Assembly (NCBI RefSeq): GCF_001194135.2
Contig: NC_068991.1
Coordinates: 67,748,186-67,787,654, forward strand
Source of the DNA: Octopus bimaculoides
Taxonomy: Eukaryota
Direction of reading: 5' to 3'
DNA: 39,469 nt
The translations under genes were made by a program, and so were the position numbers. Below are positions 32,666-39,469 of this stretch, one piece after another (the stretch's first letter is position 1; each line of letters opens with the position of its first letter). Under the pieces are notes generated by a model. That model saw only the letters and a program-made list of their open reading frames with translations. It did not search any database and was not told where the DNA came from.

Positions 32666-33049
32666 CGTCGATGACTTTTTGTCAGCAAGTTGTGAGATTA
32701 CAAATGTGAGAAAAATGGGGGAAATTAAAGCGAGACCGCAGATTAAAAAAAAAAAAAATCTATCGGTAGATTTATGATATTATTGATTGACACAGTGATA
32801 CCTGAGCAAATATATCTGGATGGTTGCTTGGATGGTTGGATATTTAACTGTATGGATGGATGGTGTATTCTATGGCTGGTTGGTTTCTTAGTTTATGTCG
32901 TCATGGTTGACTGATTGACAATAATCAGTAGCATGGTTAGATGTTTCTCCTGACTGCGCAATTGATCGATAAGAGACACGCGCGCGCGACAAACACCCAC
33001 AGGTGCGCGCGCAGACACACAGACACACACAAATATACACACACACATT

Positions 33050-33430
33050 CTCTTATACTTTCTCTTGTTTCCCTCATAGGACTGCGGTCATGCTGGGGCA
33101 ACGCCTTGAGGAGCTTAATTGGGCAAATTTATAATTGTACTTTTAAAGACAGTTATCTATTCTATCGTTCAATTTTGCCGAACTGCTATATACGGGGACG
33201 TAAACAATCCAGCAACGATTGTCAAGCGATGACGGGGGACATAAAAAACAAGGATGCGCGTGCGCTCATATACACACGAACGACGAGCTTCTACACAGTT
33301 TCCGTCTACGGAATTTACTCTGAAGTAAGGCACGCGGATATATATAGTAGAACACACAAGCTTCAATTGCCTCGCACTGAGATTGAACCCAATACATTGT
33401 AGCTGCGAAGTAAACTCCTTAACCACATAC
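33050..33430 (-). mobile_element. Diverged near-full-length SINE family C
   Basis: Tail GACTGCGGTCATGCTGGGGCA through head CTCCTTAACCACA. Confidence 0.8.
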
Positions 33431-33682
33431 AAATATAGGTGTGTGTGTGTTGAAAAGAAAGAAAATAGTACTCAATATTTTGCGTAAATTTCATATTTGT
33501 AGATAGGCAGTTAGTGACCTATTCAAGTTTGTAAGCCAATTGCCTATTGAATATCAAGTAATGGCTACCATGGTTTTCAACAATTGTTAAGCTATGTATG
33601 TATGTATGTATGTATGTATGTATGTATGTATGTATGTATGCATGTATGTGTGTATGTATATATATATATATATATATATATA

Positions 33683-33723
<41 letters not shown>

Positions 33724-33791
33724 TGTGTGTATATATATATATGCGTGTGTATATATGTGTGTGTGTGTTGTGTAGTGTGTGTGTGTTTTAG

Positions 33792-34202
33792 ATTTATTTG
33801 TTTCACTCATAGTACTGCGGCAATGCTGGAGCACTTCCTTGAAAACTTTTAGTGGAACGAATTGACACCAGTACTTATTTAAAGCCTGGTACCTATGCTA
33901 TCGGTCTCTTTTGCCGAGCGGCTATGTAACGGAGACGTAAAGATACCAACACCGGTTTTCAAGCGGTCTGGGGGTTGCATACACGCACACACACACACAC
34001 ACACACTAGATATAGATACATATTTGTCTGTCTGTCTGTCTGACGGGTTTCTTCCAGTTTGAAGCTATAAAATCAACTTACAAGATTTTGGTCGGCCCGA
34101 GGCTATAGTAGAAGACATCTATTCAAGCTGCAACACAATAAGACTGATCCAGGAACTACGTGGATGGGAAACAAACTCCTTACCACATAGCTGCACCTAC
34201 CT
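33792..34202 (-). mobile_element. Diverged full-length SINE family C
   Basis: Tail ACTGCGGCAATGCTGGAGCAC, GGTCGGCCCGAGGCTATAGTAGAAGAC, head CTCCTTACCACATAGC. Confidence 0.85.
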
Positions 34203-34327
34203 CTATTTCATTTGTACTCTGTGTAAGTCGGAGCTTTTTATATATATACATATAATCACATCTTTTGTATTTCATGTATTTAATATGCACCATAAATTGA
34301 TCTGTCTAATTTGATTATCTCTACATT

Positions 34328-34395
<68 letters not shown>

Positions 34396-34936
34396 GGGCA
34401 TACAAAATATAGTGAACAATAGCCTGGCTTGAATATAACTATAAGTCATTTAACTATGTATATATTTTGTCATTAGGTGTCCCACTCAATGGTAGCTCAA
34501 CATACAGTTTTTTTTAGCAAGACTATGAAAATAACGGCCATAGAGAAAAACAATAGAGATGTCTGTCTTGATTAAAGTACCTCCTGCACTGAAACCCAAT
34601 GATAGATAGTAGGATATAAAAGTTAAATAGATAAATAGATAGATTAGATACGTATATGCTTGTGTAAATATTTATAGATAATATAAAGATATACAAAGAA
34701 AAATCGAATACAATGCGCCAGCCGCAACGTGATATTTCTTATCACAGTAAAAAATCTCCTTATCTGCAGGAGTTAGATTGAACAGCTAGTCATCCCAAAA
34801 TATTCGATAAACTCCACCCGTTTAGCTAAATACCCCAGCCCAGTTGTGACAAAAACCATACACACACACGCGTTTATGTATGCATACACATATATACATA
34901 TGCAAGAATACACATATTCTTACACGCTTATTTATG

Positions 34937-34967
<31 letters not shown>

Positions 34968-35548
34968 TGTATATATATATATNNNNNNNNNNNNNNNNNN
35001 NNNNNNNNNNNNNNNNNNNNNNNNNNNNNNNNNNNNNNNNNNNNNNNNNNNNNNNNNNNNNNNNNNNNNNNNNNNNNNNNNNNNNNNNNNNNNNNNNNNN
35101 NNNNNNNNNNNNNNNNNNNNNNNNNNNNNNNNNNNNNNNNNNNNNNNNNNNNNNNNNNNNNNNNNNNNNNNNNNNNNNNNNNNNNNNNNNNNNNNNNNNN
35201 NNNNNNNNNNNNNNNNNNNNNNNNNNNNNNNNNNNNNNNNNNNNNNNNNNNNNNNNNNNNNNNNNNNNNNNNNNNNNNNNNNNNNNNNNNNNNNNNNNNN
35301 NNNNNNNNNNNNNNNNNNNNNNNNNNNNNNNNNNNNNNNNNNNNNNNNNNNNNNNNNNNNNNNNNNNNNNNNNNNNNNNNNNNNNNNNNNNNNNNNNNNN
35401 NNNNNNNNNNNNNNNNNNNNNNNNNNNNNNNNNNNNNNNNNNNNNNNNNNNNNNNNNNNNNNNNNNNNNNNNNNNNNNNNNNNNNNNNNNNNNNNNNNNN
35501 NNNNNNNNNNNNNNNNNNNNNNNNNNNNNNNNNNNNNNNNNNNNNNNN

Positions 35549-35582
<34 letters not shown>

Positions 35583-35930
35583 ATGTATATGAGGTTGGTT
35601 GCACAAGGATAGGCGCCAGATTAGTGCTTGAACAGTTAAAATTCGTAAAATCCAAGTTGTTAATCCGAGTAACGTACTCTAGAAGCAAGTGAGTTAGCAA
35701 GAAGGAAAGCATCTGAGTATCAATAAGGATGAACAAATGTTTATAGGCGTTTGGTATATATTTACTTGAGCTGTTCCATAATGTTACATGATATAATAAA
35801 ATCTTTACAGCTGTTTCGATGTATTCTTTGAGTTGTGGATATTATTAAACTTTGCATGATCTCGTGTTCACTCTGTCTTTTGCGTTTGTAAATTAGCTTC
35901 TGCTTTAATTTATTCTTGCATCTGTATCTA

Positions 35931-36266
35931 ATCAACGGAACAGCCTGCTCGTGAAATTAACGCGCAAATGGCTGAGCACTCCACAGACACGTGTACCCTT
36001 AACATAGTTCTCGGGGATATTCAGCGTGACACAGTGTGACAAGGCTGGCCCTTTGAATTACAGGCACAACAGAAACAGGAAAAAAGAGTGAGAGAAAGTT
36101 GTGGTGGAAGAGTACAGCAGGGTCCGCCACCATCCCTTGTCGGAGCCTCGTGGATCTTTAGGTGTTTACGCTCAATAAACATTCACGACGCCCGGTCTGG
36201 GAATCGAAACCGCGTTCCTATGACCGCGAGTTCGCTGCCCTAACCACTGGGTCATTGCGCCTCCAC
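35931..36266 (-). mobile_element. SINE family A, 3' tail missing
   Basis: Intact head at 36266; stops at CCGTTGAT, lacking the final ~50 bp and the (CAA)n tail. Confidence 0.93.
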
Positions 36267-36400
36267 CAAAGAAAAACGTAAAGAAAAGCGAAGACAAGAT
36301 ACGAAGCTGAATGGCTTTGATGATTGTGATGATAAAAAAAGAAGACTAAAATGGTTCCAATGGAAATTAATAGGAAGATAACTGAAACAATCTTTTTTTA

Positions 36401-36463
<63 letters not shown>

Positions 36464-36841
36464 TGTCTCTTCTGTAAACGTGTAGTGAAATCAGAATATC
36501 ATGCGAGTGATTGTCACTGTTAGGCTATAGCAATGACCACTTAATTTAAGGTGTATCTTTCAACATTGTCTGTTTTCTTCAATTCCTACATTCAATTATA
36601 TTCCCCTCTCTTGTTGTGTAGACGCAGCAATAATTAATACATTAAACATATTAAAACGCAATGATATAAGATGTTTGAAGGTGACAAATGTCCCAGCGGC
36701 AGATGAGTTGTAGAAATAAGATTGATTACTATCTCAGCATATGTTACATGAAAAGGGCATTCGTTGTTTTTTTTTTTATTGTTGTTTGTCTTCCATTTGC
36801 ACTTTTGAAATTTCAATCACGTAAGATCCGAATTCGCCCTA

Positions 36842-36878
<37 letters not shown>

Positions 36879-36979
36879 ACACACACACGCACGCTCGATC
36901 ACTGCTATATATGGAAGCATCAACAAAAGCATTGTCTGTGTATGTTAGATATGGATATGTGTTTATATTATACGTGCGC

Positions 36980-37017
<38 letters not shown>

Positions 37018-38317
37018 NNNNNNNNNNNNNNNNNNNNNNNNNNNNNNNNNNNNNNNNNNNNNNNNNNNNNNNNNNNNNNNNNNNNNNNNNNNNNNNNNNN
37101 NNNNNNNNNNNNNNNNNNNNNNNNNNNNNNNNNNNNNNNNNNNNNNNNNNNNNNNNNNNNNNNNNNNNNNNNNNNNNNNNNNNNNNNNTATATATGAATA
37201 AAATCTCTTGTAAATATTTTCCTTAATGAGAATTTCCTTTAAGTGTCAGATCAGATCTAGAAATTGCTGAAGAAGCCTTTTCATTCAACTTTCCGCGTGT
37301 GTATGTATGTATGTATGTATGTATGTATGTATGTATGTATGTATGTATGTATGTATGTATGTATGAATGAATGAATCTTGAAGGAAGAGAATATAATAAA
37401 ATAAGACTTCTGTCGTTAAAGAAATACTATGCACAACACCCAAATCAGAAATGTTTAGGAGACTGGAACAAATGTTCATTCTTCGAAATAATTTATAGGT
37501 AAAAGAAAAGAATTTTTATTTGTTTTTGACCAGAAAGCGATAAATGGTATTGATGTCATTACATAAAACACAATTAACTCAAAATATAATGAGATACAAA
37601 GTGTACATTGTTGATTGAAACTACGAGATTATGTAGGTTTTTTGCATATTAGTTACAACAATTTCACGTATGTAATATTCTAAGCTTCAATTTTGAAACT
37701 GCAATGAGAGAGAGAGAGAGAGAGAGATTGACTAACCAGGAATTGTGGTACACCGTGAATCTGTACAGGCAATGTTGCTTTGATAGAAGGATTGAGCTAA
37801 TGTATAGCTTGTTCAGCAACAAAGTGCTGAGTTGTTTTTCTCATATCCGAGAGACTACCAAAAACACGTTTACCATTCGGTACTAGCAAGGATTCAACCT
37901 GTTATGTCTCAAGCTACTGCTATCTAGCACCTTCGGATGATCTCTACTCAACCGCTACTCAACACTCCTACCACGGCCAGACTACCTCTATTTATATGTC
38001 TTGGGAGATCCTACTTCTTCACCTGGGGGCGTCGACGCAACACAACCGAAGTAGTTATTGATGTTTAAGTCCATATTAACCCTATTCGAATAATCCTTTG
38101 ATTAAAGTCGATTCCATAATGACCATTTACCCTTTTTATTAGTTTATGAGACTATACTGTCCCGTTGTTCTTGCCTGTTTTGTTTTTAAATTTTAGGTTA
38201 TGGTGGTGAAATTAATGGTGGGAGATAGTGGTCGTGGAAGTATATTGGGGGTTGTTGTACGAGGGGTGTATGAAAAGACTTGAGCCTTTAAAAAAAAAAC
38301 AAAAAAACAAAACAAAA

Positions 38318-39075
<758 letters not shown>

Positions 39076-39469
39076 CAGAGGCTTGTGAAATAGGAGACAT
39101 TTCGTCACGCTCTACTTGCTCGTCAGCCGCTTCATATGTTGCAGGGCGTTGTCATGCGAATTCGTAATACTTAGAGTGATAGCACGGAAAAAGTATGCTA
39201 CAGGGCGTGGTTATGGGATATTCGTCACACTTTCTCATAAAACTACGATCACGTCCACAACAGGTTGACGTTTGTAATATTGATAACAAAATCCATAGAA
39301 GATAGGGGAAAAAATAGCACACGTGAGCAGCTATTGTACTTATGTGATTATATACAGTTGAGATCATATGTAAAGTAATCAAAAGTAAATGATAATGTAC
39401 AGTAATGCTACAGTGGATGAGAATATACCTCGTATGCGTTACATATGTTGGAGCTTATATATATTTATA

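Overview
Repeat-saturated, gap-ridden animal genomic DNA with 13 N-runs, most flanked by microsatellites. The repeat families look like those of an octopod cephalopod (my recognition, not a database result). I found no supportable host exon. Nearly all ORFs in the supplied track are microsatellite or N-run artefacts. The two convincing coding remnants are a decayed hAT (Charlie/Buster-type) transposase (1125-1799, -) and a CR1-type reverse-transcriptase fragment (6583-6894, +). The rest is a mosaic of at least four SINE-like families (labelled A, B, C, D here), a piggyBac-like and a Tc1/mariner-like MITE, minisatellites and compound microsatellites. The most notable signal is three hammerhead-ribozyme folds in three unrelated repeat contexts. 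Two are minimal type-I motifs with a palindromic ACGU stem III, of the kind known from Penelope-like elements (313-349 -, 24001-24046 +). One has type-III topology with a canonical core (17595-17646 -). The 24001 motif lies in a tRNA-headed element whose 5' end is duplicated as a ~230-bp palindrome, which suggests a Pol III-driven, ribozyme-carrying non-autonomous retroelement. SINE junctions are also unusual: a ~125-bp flank duplication, a 68-bp minisatellite built from a SINE 3' junction, and a SINE dimer enclosed by one TSD.
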